A stretch of DNA of 64,000 bases from a virus: positions 1-64,000 of IMG/VR virus record IMGVR_UViG_3300035670_000040; one strand, 5' to 3'. A program made the translations under genes and the position numbers. Shown here one piece after another: positions 49,141-58,685 of this stretch; the stretch's first letter is position 1, and each line of letters starts with the position of its first letter. Below the pieces are notes generated by a model, which saw only the letters and a list, made by a program, of their open reading frames with translations, did no database searches and was not told the DNA's origin.

Positions 49141-49381
49141 ACATTTTAGTAGATCCTTGTTTATATAACTTTTGTGGTTTTCCTGATACGATTAACTCGT
49201 TGATTTTTTCATCTATTTCTTGAATCAAATCAGTTCTGAAAGAATTTGCCACATTTGTTACTCTAGTAGCATCTGCAATTTGTTTATCAGAAGCATTTTT
49301 ATCTCTCTTAATATCTTCTGCCATCCAAATCCTAATATTAGTAATAGTTAATTTGTCAATTAAATTTCCGATTGTATCCAT
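49130..49381 (-). CDS. Small helical protein (DUF4254-like)
   Basis: TIGNLIDKL...IWMAED.KR...N..R..LIQEID. Confidence 0.6.
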   Translation of the reverse strand: MDTIGNLIDKLTITNIRIWMAEDIKRDKNASDKQIADATRVTNVANSFRTDLIQEIDEKINELIVSGKPQKLYKQGSTKMYGK

Positions 49382-49995
49382 ATTTTATTTCCTTCTATAA
49401 AATTTGAATTAATATACCAATCTTCGTATGGTTTATTATTCCATTCTGGATTAGAATCCAGACATACTGCATTTTCTACAACTCTAGTATACCCTTTACT
49501 TGTTAGTAAATCAAATATTTTGTTTTTTTGTTCAGATCCAGAACAATATAAATTATGTTCAATTGTCATTAATTTAAACTTCCATTTATTAAAATCTATA
49601 GTATTTAATATAGTAAATTCGTGACCTTCCACGTCTAAAGACAGATAATCTATGGTATCGTCTTTTAAATTTTTTTCTAAAACATCATTTAGAATAAAAC
49701 AAGGAGTTTTAATTCCTTGTTTTGTTATTTTATCAGATGAAAAATAACATTCTCCATTATTATCAGATATAGCACCATAAATATTGATACAATTTCTGTT
49801 TTTAATTAGATTTTGATATACTGAATAGTTTGCCTCTATACATAATCCACTCCAGTTATAATATTTTTCTAAACAATAGGTATTGCTTGTTTGTATTCCA
49901 TCATAAGCTCCAATGTCAACAAAGACTCCGTTAGTTTTATATAATAGATTTTCAAGAACCCATTTGTCTTGTTTTGATTGAGAGAAGTATTTCAT
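49360..49995 (-). CDS. FkbM-family SAM-dependent methyltransferase
   Basis: SQSKQD, FVDIGAYDG..SNT, WSGLCIEAN, IDYLSLDVEGHE. Confidence 0.9.
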   Translation of the reverse strand: MKYFSQSKQDKWVLENLLYKTNGVFVDIGAYDGIQTSNTYCLEKYYNWSGLCIEANYSVYQNLIKNRNCINIYGAISDNNGECYFSSDKITKQGIKTPCFILNDVLEKNLKDDTIDYLSLDVEGHEFTILNTIDFNKWKFKLMTIEHNLYCSGSEQKNKIFDLLTSKGYTRVVENAVCLDSNPEWNNKPYEDWYINSNFIEGNKIWIQSEI

Positions 49996-50912
49996 AAATT
50001 TGTTATAATACTATATAAATTATCTCTAAATTTTATATTATTCCATTTAGATCTATAATATCTTACATTATCCAATCCAGAATCCATAATTTGTTTCAAA
50101 TTAAAGTTATTTGATATTGAGATATTTGGAGTTTCTGTTGTTATATGACGAAACATATACGAATTGTTAACAGCCAATGGAGTATCTACACTAATAGCAT
50201 AGTCTATTACAGATGACAGACCTCTTCCATGCATCTCGTCATATAAAAAGACATTTAAAGAATTAGAATTTAAAAATTTTAAAATATCATTATCAGATAA
50301 AAAATTTGTAGTAAAAACAACAGATACGTTTGGATTTGTTATTTTATTTTTACATCTTTCTATTATATTATTTGTAGTATTACCGCTATAATCTCCAAAA
50401 AAAGGATTTGTTATATGTAATTTTATAATAGCTTTATTAAATGTCTGAGATACTAATTCACAAATTTTTTCAAATCCTTTATTATCGAAACCAAAACCAA
50501 AACTTCCTATTACTGGAACTTCATTTGTTTCTTTTTTTAAAGAAAAATCAAAGATTGGTCTAATTAAAGGATAAATTCTTTCAGAAGGATTAAAAGACAT
50601 ATCTGCTGTTAAATAACCATCACTGTGTAAATTATAAGGATAAGTTAATTCATGAAAAATAAAAAGCTGTTTTTTATTTTTTAATTGTTCTGTTTTTTGT
50701 CTAGACAACCATTTCATCGTTGCCGTGTGCCAGTTATAAATTATAATATCTGGATTATGTATTGATAAAATAGAATCAAAATCTTCTACATTATTTGTTT
50801 CTAAGTTTAGAAATTCATACCTAGATTCATTTTGTAAAATATTTTTTATTCTTTTTCCATACTGATATACACCACATTCAAAAATTTTGCTATTTACTAA
50901 TAAAACTTTCAC
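49992..50912 (-). CDS. GT-B (GT4-like) glycosyltransferase
   Basis: CGVYQYG, IGSFGFGFDNKGFE, GLSSVIDYAIS..PLAV. Confidence 0.7.
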   Translation of the reverse strand: MKVLLVNSKIFECGVYQYGKRIKNILQNESRYEFLNLETNNVEDFDSILSIHNPDIIIYNWHTATMKWLSRQKTEQLKNKKQLFIFHELTYPYNLHSDGYLTADMSFNPSERIYPLIRPIFDFSLKKETNEVPVIGSFGFGFDNKGFEKICELVSQTFNKAIIKLHITNPFFGDYSGNTTNNIIERCKNKITNPNVSVVFTTNFLSDNDILKFLNSNSLNVFLYDEMHGRGLSSVIDYAISVDTPLAVNNSYMFRHITTETPNISISNNFNLKQIMDSGLDNVRYYRSKWNNIKFRDNLYSIITNL

Positions 50913-52141
50913 TTAGAAATAATTTGAAATTTAGGACAAGGAACAATAAAAGAACCACCAGAAGATAAAAAATCATCTTCTCTTTTTATAAACTCATTGA
51001 TAAAATGCCAAGGTAAAACCAACATATAATCAGGATTCATTTCTCTAACTTCTTCCTCTGATTTAATTGGTATATTAGTTCCTATTGTTTTTAACCCAAA
51101 CTTATAATGGCTTCTTTCTGCTATGGCATCAATTAATGTATTATCTAATCCAAAATATTGAAGAAGAGTATTTCCTTTTGTAGATGCTCCATAACCACAA
51201 ATAATTTTTCCTTTTTCTTTTTCTGATTTTATAAAAGAAACAGTTTGTTCTTTTAACTTTTGAATATTATCGTAAAAATCAAGCCATGTTTTTTCACTAT
51301 TAATTCCTGTTTCTTTTTCCCATATTAATAAGGACTCTATTCTTGTATTACAAATATCACGATATGGTGCTGTAGAAAATTTAAGAATATCACTATTCTT
51401 CTTTTTAATATAAATTCTAAAACTTCCTCCATTTACATCATTTAATTGACAATCTACAATTTTAAAATTAGCTTCTGTTAAAAGTTTATTTATAGATTCT
51501 AAAGACCAATAATATACATGCTCATGGCAAATATTATCAAATGCCAGTTGTTTTATCATTAATGGTGTGTAACTCATTTGTAAAACAAAAATACCATCAT
51601 CATCTAAAACATCATAAACATCATTTAAAAAGTTTATAGGTTCATCTAGATCATAAAACATTGCTATACATGTTATAACATTAGCTTTTTGGTTTTTAAA
51701 TTTTGATTTATTGAAATTTTCTAATGTAAAATAATCTTGAATTATTTGATCAGCTATTTTTTCGGATTCTTGTTTAAAAGAGTCTTCTGCTGGATCAATT
51801 CCTAACTTTTTAAATGTTTTAGGAACATAACTTAATAAAGTTCCATCATTACACGCTATATCTAACCACAAATCATTTTCTTTAAAATTTTGCAAAGAAA
51901 TTATGCTGTCAACAATTCCGCTTAATTCCCTTTTCATGGTAGAATTAATTCCGCTTCTATACCAATACTTTCCAAACATTGAATGAATTGGTGTTGTTTT
52001 GTTTAATCTTGCTGAACCATATCTTTCATCTATTACTAAAGTCAAATCATGCTTTCCTGCTCTTGCATCTGAATCTTTATCTATAAAATCGGATACATAT
52101 AAATCACCCAAACTAAATAATTTTTTATTAAATTCTATCAT
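50909..52141 (-). CDS. NDP-sugar C3-methyltransferase (TylC3/EryBIII/TcaB9-like)
   Basis: YWYRSG, LDIACNDGTLL, GIDPA, FDNICHEHVYY, NGGSFR, YGASTKGNTLL, VLPWHF, FIVPCP. Confidence 0.9.
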   Translation of the reverse strand: MIEFNKKLFSLGDLYVSDFIDKDSDARAGKHDLTLVIDERYGSARLNKTTPIHSMFGKYWYRSGINSTMKRELSGIVDSIISLQNFKENDLWLDIACNDGTLLSYVPKTFKKLGIDPAEDSFKQESEKIADQIIQDYFTLENFNKSKFKNQKANVITCIAMFYDLDEPINFLNDVYDVLDDDGIFVLQMSYTPLMIKQLAFDNICHEHVYYWSLESINKLLTEANFKIVDCQLNDVNGGSFRIYIKKKNSDILKFSTAPYRDICNTRIESLLIWEKETGINSEKTWLDFYDNIQKLKEQTVSFIKSEKEKGKIICGYGASTKGNTLLQYFGLDNTLIDAIAERSHYKFGLKTIGTNIPIKSEEEVREMNPDYMLVLPWHFINEFIKREDDFLSSGGSFIVPCPKFQIISK

Positions 52142-52148
52142 ATAATAT

Positions 52149-52177
52149 ATATTAATTGTTGTTTATTATCTTTTCAA
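52149..52177 (-). promoter_or_regulatory. Sigma70-like internal promoter (TTGAAA-N17-TAATAT), ATG 7 nt downstream
   Basis: tttcaa 52172-52177, atatta 52149-52154, start at 52141. Confidence 0.45.
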
Positions 52178-53137
52178 TAAAGAAATATCATTTTTTACCA
52201 TTTTAGAAACCATTTCTGAAAATGATGTTTTTGGTTTCCAATTTAAAACAGTTTTAGCTTTTGTTGCATCTCCTCTTAAAACATCTACTTCGGCTGGTCT
52301 AAAGAATTTTTCATCTTTTACAACATATTTAGACCAATCTGTTATTCCTATATTTGAAAATGATTCATCTAAAAAGTTTCTAATTGTTCTGGTTTCACCT
52401 GTAGCTAAAACATAATCATCTGGCTTTTCTTGTTGAAGCATAAGCCACATCCCTTCAACATAATCAGGAGCATATCCCCAGTCTCTAGATGCTTCTAAGT
52501 TGCCCAAACTTAATGTTTCCTGTAATCCTAAATGTATTCTAGCTATACCGTCTGTTATTTTTCTTGTTACAAACTGTTTTCCTCTTCTTTCGCTTTCGTG
52601 ATTGAATAAAATACCGCTACAATTAAACATATTATAAGATTCCCTGTAATTTTTACAAATCCAGTGACCATATAACTTGGCAACGCCATAAGGAGATCTT
52701 GGATAGAATGGCGTTGTTTCTTTTGCTGGATTTTCTACCATTTTTCCAAACATTTCCGAAGAAGATGCTTGATAAAATTTTATATTTTTACTTCCATATT
52801 CTCTTATTGCTTCAAGCATTCTTAATACACCAACACCTGTGGTGTTTGCTATTACTTCTGGTGTATCCCAGCTATCTTCAACAAACGATTGTGATGCTAA
52901 ATTATAAACTTCGTCTGGATTTGATTCTTTTAAACATCTTACTAATGAATTTTGATCTGATAAATCTCCTTTTACAAAGTTTATGTGATTTACTAAATGT
53001 GTAGTATTTCTTCTGTCCTCATTAGCCTTTCTTCTTTCTATACCAAAAACCTCGTAGTCTTTTTCTAATAACAATTCGGCTAGATGACTTCCATCCATTC
53101 CATTAATTCCACTTATTAATGCTTTTCTTTTTTTCAT
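52166..53137 (-). CDS. gmd: GDP-mannose 4,6-dehydratase
   Basis: ALISGINGMDGSHLAE, YNLASQS, FYQASSSEMFG, PRSPYGVAK, GILFNHES, FVTRKI, RDWGYA, RPAEVD. Confidence 0.96.
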   Translation of the reverse strand: MKKRKALISGINGMDGSHLAELLLEKDYEVFGIERRKANEDRRNTTHLVNHINFVKGDLSDQNSLVRCLKESNPDEVYNLASQSFVEDSWDTPEVIANTTGVGVLRMLEAIREYGSKNIKFYQASSSEMFGKMVENPAKETTPFYPRSPYGVAKLYGHWICKNYRESYNMFNCSGILFNHESERRGKQFVTRKITDGIARIHLGLQETLSLGNLEASRDWGYAPDYVEGMWLMLQQEKPDDYVLATGETRTIRNFLDESFSNIGITDWSKYVVKDEKFFRPAEVDVLRGDATKAKTVLNWKPKTSFSEMVSKMVKNDISLLKR

Positions 53138-53145
53138 GTTTTTAA

Positions 53146-53829
53146 TTATAAATTTTTCCAATTAATACAAGGAGTTAAATTTTTATCCACCTGTGTCGTT
53201 ACACCAGGTAATGGATTCCATAGTCTTGTATTTTTTTCGGTTATTAGATATCGAAAAAGATCTCGGTCATTCAATTTAAATTTATAAGCAGCATCTTTCA
53301 TTGTACTATTCCAAAATTCTCTTGTGCATGACCAAGTGCAACAGGTAGATTCACATGTTCTCCAATGACAATTTGTTTTTTTAGAAAAAGCTATATATTC
53401 TTTACCTAAAGTGATATCATCTGATCTTGTATATCTATCTAAATGATCATATCCTGTAACCAAATTAAAATTTAAAACACCATAATATATAGTTTTTATG
53501 GAATTTTCTAGATGCAAATAATCATCTTCCACGAAATATAAGTGATTAGTTAATTCATCTGCTATTTTAAAGGTTTCTAATAAACTTTTTTCATTATTAT
53601 TATAATCAATTTTTACTACTTCAAAATTTTTAGGAATATTTTTATATAAAACACCTTTAGGACCATCGTGTACAAAAATAACTTTATTAACTAATTCTGA
53701 AGAATATTCTAGAGCTTTTAGAAAAGAATTAAGACATTTTATTTTATCAAACCAATCGGGTCTTATATGTTTAAATTGATTTTTTAAAATTTCATTCTCA
53801 CAACACCTATATATTATATCAATTTTCAT
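53146..53829 (-). CDS. GT-A-fold glycosyltransferase-like protein
   Basis: LYFVEDDYLH (DxD-like), YDHLDRY, HWRT..STCCT. Confidence 0.65.
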   Translation of the reverse strand: MKIDIIYRCCENEILKNQFKHIRPDWFDKIKCLNSFLKALEYSSELVNKVIFVHDGPKGVLYKNIPKNFEVVKIDYNNNEKSLLETFKIADELTNHLYFVEDDYLHLENSIKTIYYGVLNFNLVTGYDHLDRYTRSDDITLGKEYIAFSKKTNCHWRTCESTCCTWSCTREFWNSTMKDAAYKFKLNDRDLFRYLITEKNTRLWNPLPGVTTQVDKNLTPCINWKNL

Positions 53830-54556
53830 TTTTATTAAAAAGTTTTTTTGCTATTTGTATAGGCAATATATCATTATTATTTTCTAATAAATCTAACAAT
53901 TCTTGTTTATAACCATGACCTCCATGAAATCCGAAATGTGAATCTATTGTAATATTTTTTTCATTTAAATCAATAGGACATTCAAAAGAAAATCTTTTTG
54001 CTGTTTTTACATCAGCATATTTAATTCCAAGTTCTTTGAATTCTTTTCTTTTTAATATACAGAAAAAATTATCTTCTGGAACATAATCTGGATCAGGATA
54101 ATCTAATTTTGATGCTTCTTCTAAGATTTTTTTTGATCTCAGTGAAAACCCACCATTTCCTACTATAATAGGAGTTTTTCTTATATCTATACCCATATTA
54201 CAAGTATACATTCCTCTTTGTGACAATAAAATATCCCAAGGAGCGCCTATATAATCAAAGTTCAAAAAATCATCAGTCCACATGAGAGGATTTGTTACAA
54301 ATCCATCAGGTTGCACTATTAAAACATGGCTTGTGTTTATATAGTTGTAAAGTTCCTTAACACAAAATAAACTATATTCTCCCAAGCTTTTTATTTTTGG
54401 TATAATTTTTGTTTTTATGTTTGAATGTTCTTTATCGCTTAATAAAAACGAATCTCCAAATTTTATATATCTGGAACTATACTCTATAGCCTTTATACTT
54501 TTATCTGAATCTCTCGTATTAATTGATACTATTGTTACATTTTCAAGATTTAACAT
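53819..54556 (-). CDS. DUF5672-family GT-A-like protein
   Basis: VLIVQPDGF, DYIGAPW, VGNGGFSLRS, PEDNFF, FSFE, FGFH. Confidence 0.8.
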   Translation of the reverse strand: MLNLENVTIVSINTRDSDKSIKAIEYSSRYIKFGDSFLLSDKEHSNIKTKIIPKIKSLGEYSLFCVKELYNYINTSHVLIVQPDGFVTNPLMWTDDFLNFDYIGAPWDILLSQRGMYTCNMGIDIRKTPIIVGNGGFSLRSKKILEEASKLDYPDPDYVPEDNFFCILKRKEFKELGIKYADVKTAKRFSFECPIDLNEKNITIDSHFGFHGGHGYKQELLDLLENNNDILPIQIAKKLFNKNEN

Positions 54557-55418
54557 GTTTTTGTAATTCTTTTATTATCTCTGAATAACTAGGTGTTTTA
54601 TAAAAAATTAAATTTTTTGTTTTTTTGAAATTAACACCTTTCCCCAAAACATCAGGTCTTCTTCCGTTTGCATAAACTGGCATAAAATGCGCTCCTTCCA
54701 TATCCAAAACAACATTTATCAAATTTTCTTTAGCGCATATTTGAGTCAAATTAGCTGTTCCTGTTTGATTCTGTACACAGAATAAACAATTTTCAGAATT
54801 TAAAAGAGAACACCAGTCTTTTAAATTTACTAAATGAACATTTGGCATTTTACTAAAAATTTCGTTATGAAATCCTGTTATATAAATTGGAACATTATAT
54901 TGTTTTTGTAAATTTTCAACCAAACCAAAACTATAATCATCTGGCATATTTAAATGCTCTCTATGTTTTCTTATTCGTCTATTCAAACATATAAATTTTT
55001 TATTCGGTACTATTGAATGGTTATAATCTAGGTTTGTTATTAAATCATAATCTTCCTCAAAGAAACGATATTTTGGCTTAGAATCTACAAAATACAAATC
55101 ATGAAAATCTTTTGTTTCCTGAAAAATACAATTTAAATAAAATTCTATAGAGTTGATTTCATTAACAACTTTTTGCTTTTTTATTTCTTCATATTCTTTC
55201 CAAGAAATAGTTTTAATTTGTTTACTATACAAAAATTCTCTACCGCTACATGTAACAACAACATCCTCATTTGTGTTTAATTGTTTTGTATTTATGAGTC
55301 TCTTTGATAAAAGATGTGTTGTTATAACTTCCCAACCAAGTTCGTAATAATTTTCTAATGGTCCAATCTGAAGTGTTTTATCACTATGAATTTCTCTTCC
55401 TGCTATAAAAAATTTCAT
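54543..55418 (-). CDS. Hypothetical protein in glycan island (possible GT-B)
   Basis: Overlap-coupled ORF; context only, weak C-terminal resemblance to GT9-like neighbours. Confidence 0.5.
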   Translation of the reverse strand: MKFFIAGREIHSDKTLQIGPLENYYELGWEVITTHLLSKRLINTKQLNTNEDVVVTCSGREFLYSKQIKTISWKEYEEIKKQKVVNEINSIEFYLNCIFQETKDFHDLYFVDSKPKYRFFEEDYDLITNLDYNHSIVPNKKFICLNRRIRKHREHLNMPDDYSFGLVENLQKQYNVPIYITGFHNEIFSKMPNVHLVNLKDWCSLLNSENCLFCVQNQTGTANLTQICAKENLINVVLDMEGAHFMPVYANGRRPDVLGKGVNFKKTKNLIFYKTPSYSEIIKELQKHVKS

Positions 55419-56128
55419 ATAAAAATGTCTAAACTTTCTATGTTAATGCAATTATTGTAAGAAAATTTACAATTTTCGTCCAAATAATACAATGTTTTTT
55501 TATTTAAAAAATTATTTTTATTCATAACAGAAAACCAAGGACCAGTATTTATTCCTATAATCTTTTTTGTATATAGTGACAATTGGCCTATGTTATAAAC
55601 TGACATGTTATAATCTAATGTACATGGTATATCCTTTATATTCTTTGTTGTAATTAATTTTTTATTTTTGAATTTTTCTATAAATTGATTTTCTGCTATA
55701 TCTTTCGATAATTGATTGCTTAGAGGTATAGAATTTATTAAAAGTATATCCCAGTCTTGAGATGTTGGGTTGTTTCCTTTTATTTCAGGTAACATATCTT
55801 CTATTTTTTTAAAGGGACATGTTAAGCCTAACAATTTGCATAGTTTATTATACGAATATAGTCTTAATTCGCACAGGTTAAACGGTATGGGGGGGATTCC
55901 AAATTGTCCAACCCAACCTCTATAACTATCAATCGGTGCATTATTATATGGTTTTACAATAATTCTTTGTTTTTCATTTACAAAGTCTTGAACTTGGCTA
56001 CTATGTTTATCCAAAACATAATAATCAATAATCAAGTCTGGATAAATTTTTAAAAGTTCATTTAAAAAATGAGTATGCAGCAAACAATCTCCTAAATGCG
56101 TTTCGCTTTTAAAATTTATTTTTTTCAT
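55415..56128 (-). CDS. GT9-like glycosyltransferase
   Basis: HLGDCLL N-terminus; IGQLS..KKIIGINTGP. Confidence 0.55.
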   Translation of the reverse strand: MKKINFKSETHLGDCLLHTHFLNELLKIYPDLIIDYYVLDKHSSQVQDFVNEKQRIIVKPYNNAPIDSYRGWVGQFGIPPIPFNLCELRLYSYNKLCKLLGLTCPFKKIEDMLPEIKGNNPTSQDWDILLINSIPLSNQLSKDIAENQFIEKFKNKKLITTKNIKDIPCTLDYNMSVYNIGQLSLYTKKIIGINTGPWFSVMNKNNFLNKKTLYYLDENCKFSYNNCINIESLDIFI

Positions 56129-56915
56129 ATATAAATTTTAACTTTTCTAAACATTCTTTTTCTGAAACTATTTTTTCTTGAGGTCCATAATTTTGAACAA
56201 CAGAAAAACCGGTTTTTTTTATAAAAGTTTCTACACCTTTTTTAAATGTGTTTATAAAATCTTCTCCTCTAATTTTACTTTGTTGATGATCAGGAACAAT
56301 ATCTTTTAAATATTTAAAAGATTCATGAACATCTGCAAAATATCTAAATGGAGGGTGAAAGTTTTTTTCAATTGAAAGATATGTGTGATATACATGTTCC
56401 ATAGCATTATAAAACTCTTCATCCATCAATCCAATTTCATCTAAAACGGTTTTGTGATAATAAGAAAATGCTCCTAAAAGATTAAAATATAAATCTATTT
56501 TAATATTATTTTTATATTCTATGGTTTTTATTATATTAAAAGACCCATTGTTTGGATTTTTATTATGATTACCATGTAAAGCATAATTTAAATGCAAAAT
56601 ACCTGTATTTTTGGATGTTTCTATATATTTTTCAAAAACATTTTTATCTATTATTTCTACATCATCTTCCATCAAAAAAATATGTTCACAATTTTTGTTT
56701 AAAAGAAATTGTAGTGCCTTATTTTTAGAAAATGCTACTCCTTTTCTTCCTTTTGTTTTAATATAATTTTTAGGAATAAAAGAAGGTGTTGTTTCTCCGT
56801 CATTAACAACGACAATCTCTATATCTTCTCTTTTAATCAAAGAATTTATAGACTTTTCATAAAAATCTAAACGATCACAGGTTATTAAGCCGCAACCTAT
56901 TTTATTTTTTTCCAT
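56109..56915 (-). CDS. GT2-family glycosyltransferase
   Basis: GLITCDR, IVVVNDG, GVAFSKNKAL, IFLMEDD, IGLMDEEF, MEH. Confidence 0.85.
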   Translation of the reverse strand: MEKNKIGCGLITCDRLDFYEKSINSLIKREDIEIVVVNDGETTPSFIPKNYIKTKGRKGVAFSKNKALQFLLNKNCEHIFLMEDDVEIIDKNVFEKYIETSKNTGILHLNYALHGNHNKNPNNGSFNIIKTIEYKNNIKIDLYFNLLGAFSYYHKTVLDEIGLMDEEFYNAMEHVYHTYLSIEKNFHPPFRYFADVHESFKYLKDIVPDHQQSKIRGEDFINTFKKGVETFIKKTGFSVVQNYGPQEKIVSEKECLEKLKFIYEKNKF

Positions 56916-57651
56916 AATTTGATTGTAAAAAATTTATATTTTGTAGAACAGTCTCTTCATTTGATTCGGTTATTTCATTGTGATTAGGAATAAACTTGTT
57001 TTTATTCATAAAATAACCATAAGAATATCTTACCGTTAAGTCTTCACTAGGAAAATCTTTTATATAAGAATTTTCCATAGTTTTTTTATTCTCTACCATT
57101 TTTAAAGAAATGCTTGGATAAAATCCATTTGGCGTATATAATTTTTTATTTTTTAATCTAGTAATATAATCATAAACATCTAAATCATGAGTGTTTATAA
57201 ACTGTTCATCAAAAAAACCAACATTTTTTATTATACCTTTAAATGTATATAAAAATTTAGTATTAAGTTTTTTTGAAATTTTCAAAATAAATCCGTTATC
57301 ATCTTCTACGTCTAATGTCTTATCATCAACATATCCTGATAAGAACCAAGTTCCAAATGTTTTTGCTGTTTCGTGTATTTTTTCAAAAATACTACTGTCA
57401 TTAATAATTTGATCAGAGTGTAAAATAAAATAATAATCTAAATTATTGATTCTAAAATCATGAAGAATTAAATTCCTCATGTGGGCAATAGATACTTTAT
57501 CAACAAAAATATGATTTTGTATTTTATTGTTTTTAATTGTCGTTTTTCTATTACTAACAACACATACATAAACATTTTCTGGTATTTTATCCAGAACATT
57601 ATTTAATGAATCGTCATCATACAAATCTAATAATCCTATTCCTGTTTTCAT
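56902..57651 (-). CDS. GT2-like protein (divergent paralog)
   Basis: IAHMRN, YFILHSD, VGFFDEQF parallel the neighbouring GT2 but lack the EDD motif. Confidence 0.6.
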   Translation of the reverse strand: MKTGIGLLDLYDDDSLNNVLDKIPENVYVCVVSNRKTTIKNNKIQNHIFVDKVSIAHMRNLILHDFRINNLDYYFILHSDQIINDSSIFEKIHETAKTFGTWFLSGYVDDKTLDVEDDNGFILKISKKLNTKFLYTFKGIIKNVGFFDEQFINTHDLDVYDYITRLKNKKLYTPNGFYPSISLKMVENKKTMENSYIKDFPSEDLTVRYSYGYFMNKNKFIPNHNEITESNEETVLQNINFLQSNYGKK

Positions 57652-58685
57652 GTAGTTTTATTGTAAATTTCAGTCAAATATTTAATTGTTTCTTCTTTAC
57701 AGTCAATATCCAATGTATCTATATATTCGCATATATTTTGAAGAATGTCAACAGAGTCATATGTTTTTGTTTCTGTTTTATCATTATCTTCTTTTTCCAA
57801 ATACTCTGTTTTAACATTAAATGGTTCATGTTTCATAACCTTCATTAATAAATTGCTTGCATCCTCTTGTTTTAATGAAGAATCTAAATTTAGAGAAACA
57901 AAATTGTTTTTAATTTTGTTGGAAAGATTTTTTTTATTCAAATCTTCGGTTTTTAATTTCACAAATTTTGGAGAAAATGTGTTTTCAATAAAATCAAATG
58001 ATTGATTATCCAGATCAACGATATAATAACCTCTTTGATCTCCTGTATCTCCAAAATTGTGTTGATATGGGCTTCCTAAATATAAAATTTGTCCTTTTTC
58101 ATATATTCTGTGGTCTTTTTTGTGAAAATGACCTGATATTATGAAAGAACTTTTGTTTAATAGATTTTTAGATTCTTCTCCCTTTTCACATGTCTTAAAA
58201 GTATTCATGTAAAAAGTATTGATCTCAAAATGACCAAAACAAATGTCTGAATTTGGAATATTTGAACAAGAAACACCCCAAGGAATAAATGATATTGTTT
58301 TATTGTTTTTTGTTTTTAATAAAAAATATTCTTTATCAACTATTTTAATATTATTCCATCCATCAAAAACACAGATTGAATTTATATCACTATTCTCCTT
58401 GTGTAGACAATCATGATTTCCAGCCAAAATAATAATTTTGAAATCTATAAAATAATCAAAAAAGTTTTTTGCTGTATGTATTGTTTTTAAAGAAATTTCG
58501 GATCTATTATGAAATACATCACCAGCAATAACTATTGTTTTAATTCCATTTTCTTTATAATATTTCGATGCTCTCTTAGCAAATTCTAAAGATATATCGT
58601 GCCAATCCTGACTGTCTTGATAAAGACCTATATGGATGTCAGAAAAACATCCAACTTTTGAATCTATAATATCAATCATTATCAA
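57648..58685 (-). CDS. Recombination nuclease subunit (gp47/Mre11/SbcD-like)
   Basis: SDIH, GDVFH, GNHD, GHFE, SGHFH, YLGSP metallophosphoesterase motifs. Confidence 0.95.
   Translation of the reverse strand: MIMIDIIDSKVGCFSDIHIGLYQDSQDWHDISLEFAKRASKYYKENGIKTIVIAGDVFHNRSEISLKTIHTAKNFFDYFIDFKIIILAGNHDCLHKENSDINSICVFDGWNNIKIVDKEYFLLKTKNNKTISFIPWGVSCSNIPNSDICFGHFEINTFYMNTFKTCEKGEESKNLLNKSSFIISGHFHKKDHRIYEKGQILYLGSPYQHNFGDTGDQRGYYIVDLDNQSFDFIENTFSPKFVKLKTEDLNKKNLSNKIKNNFVSLNLDSSLKQEDASNLLMKVMKHEPFNVKTEYLEKEDNDKTETKTYDSVDILQNICEYIDTLDIDCKEETIKYLTEIYNKTT

Noticed and set aside
48418-57651. Glycan cluster as host LPS DNA misassembled into the contig
   Set aside because: Genes overlap phage gp47, share strand, compactness and AT richness with flanking phage genes, and lack wzx/wzy/ABC export genes
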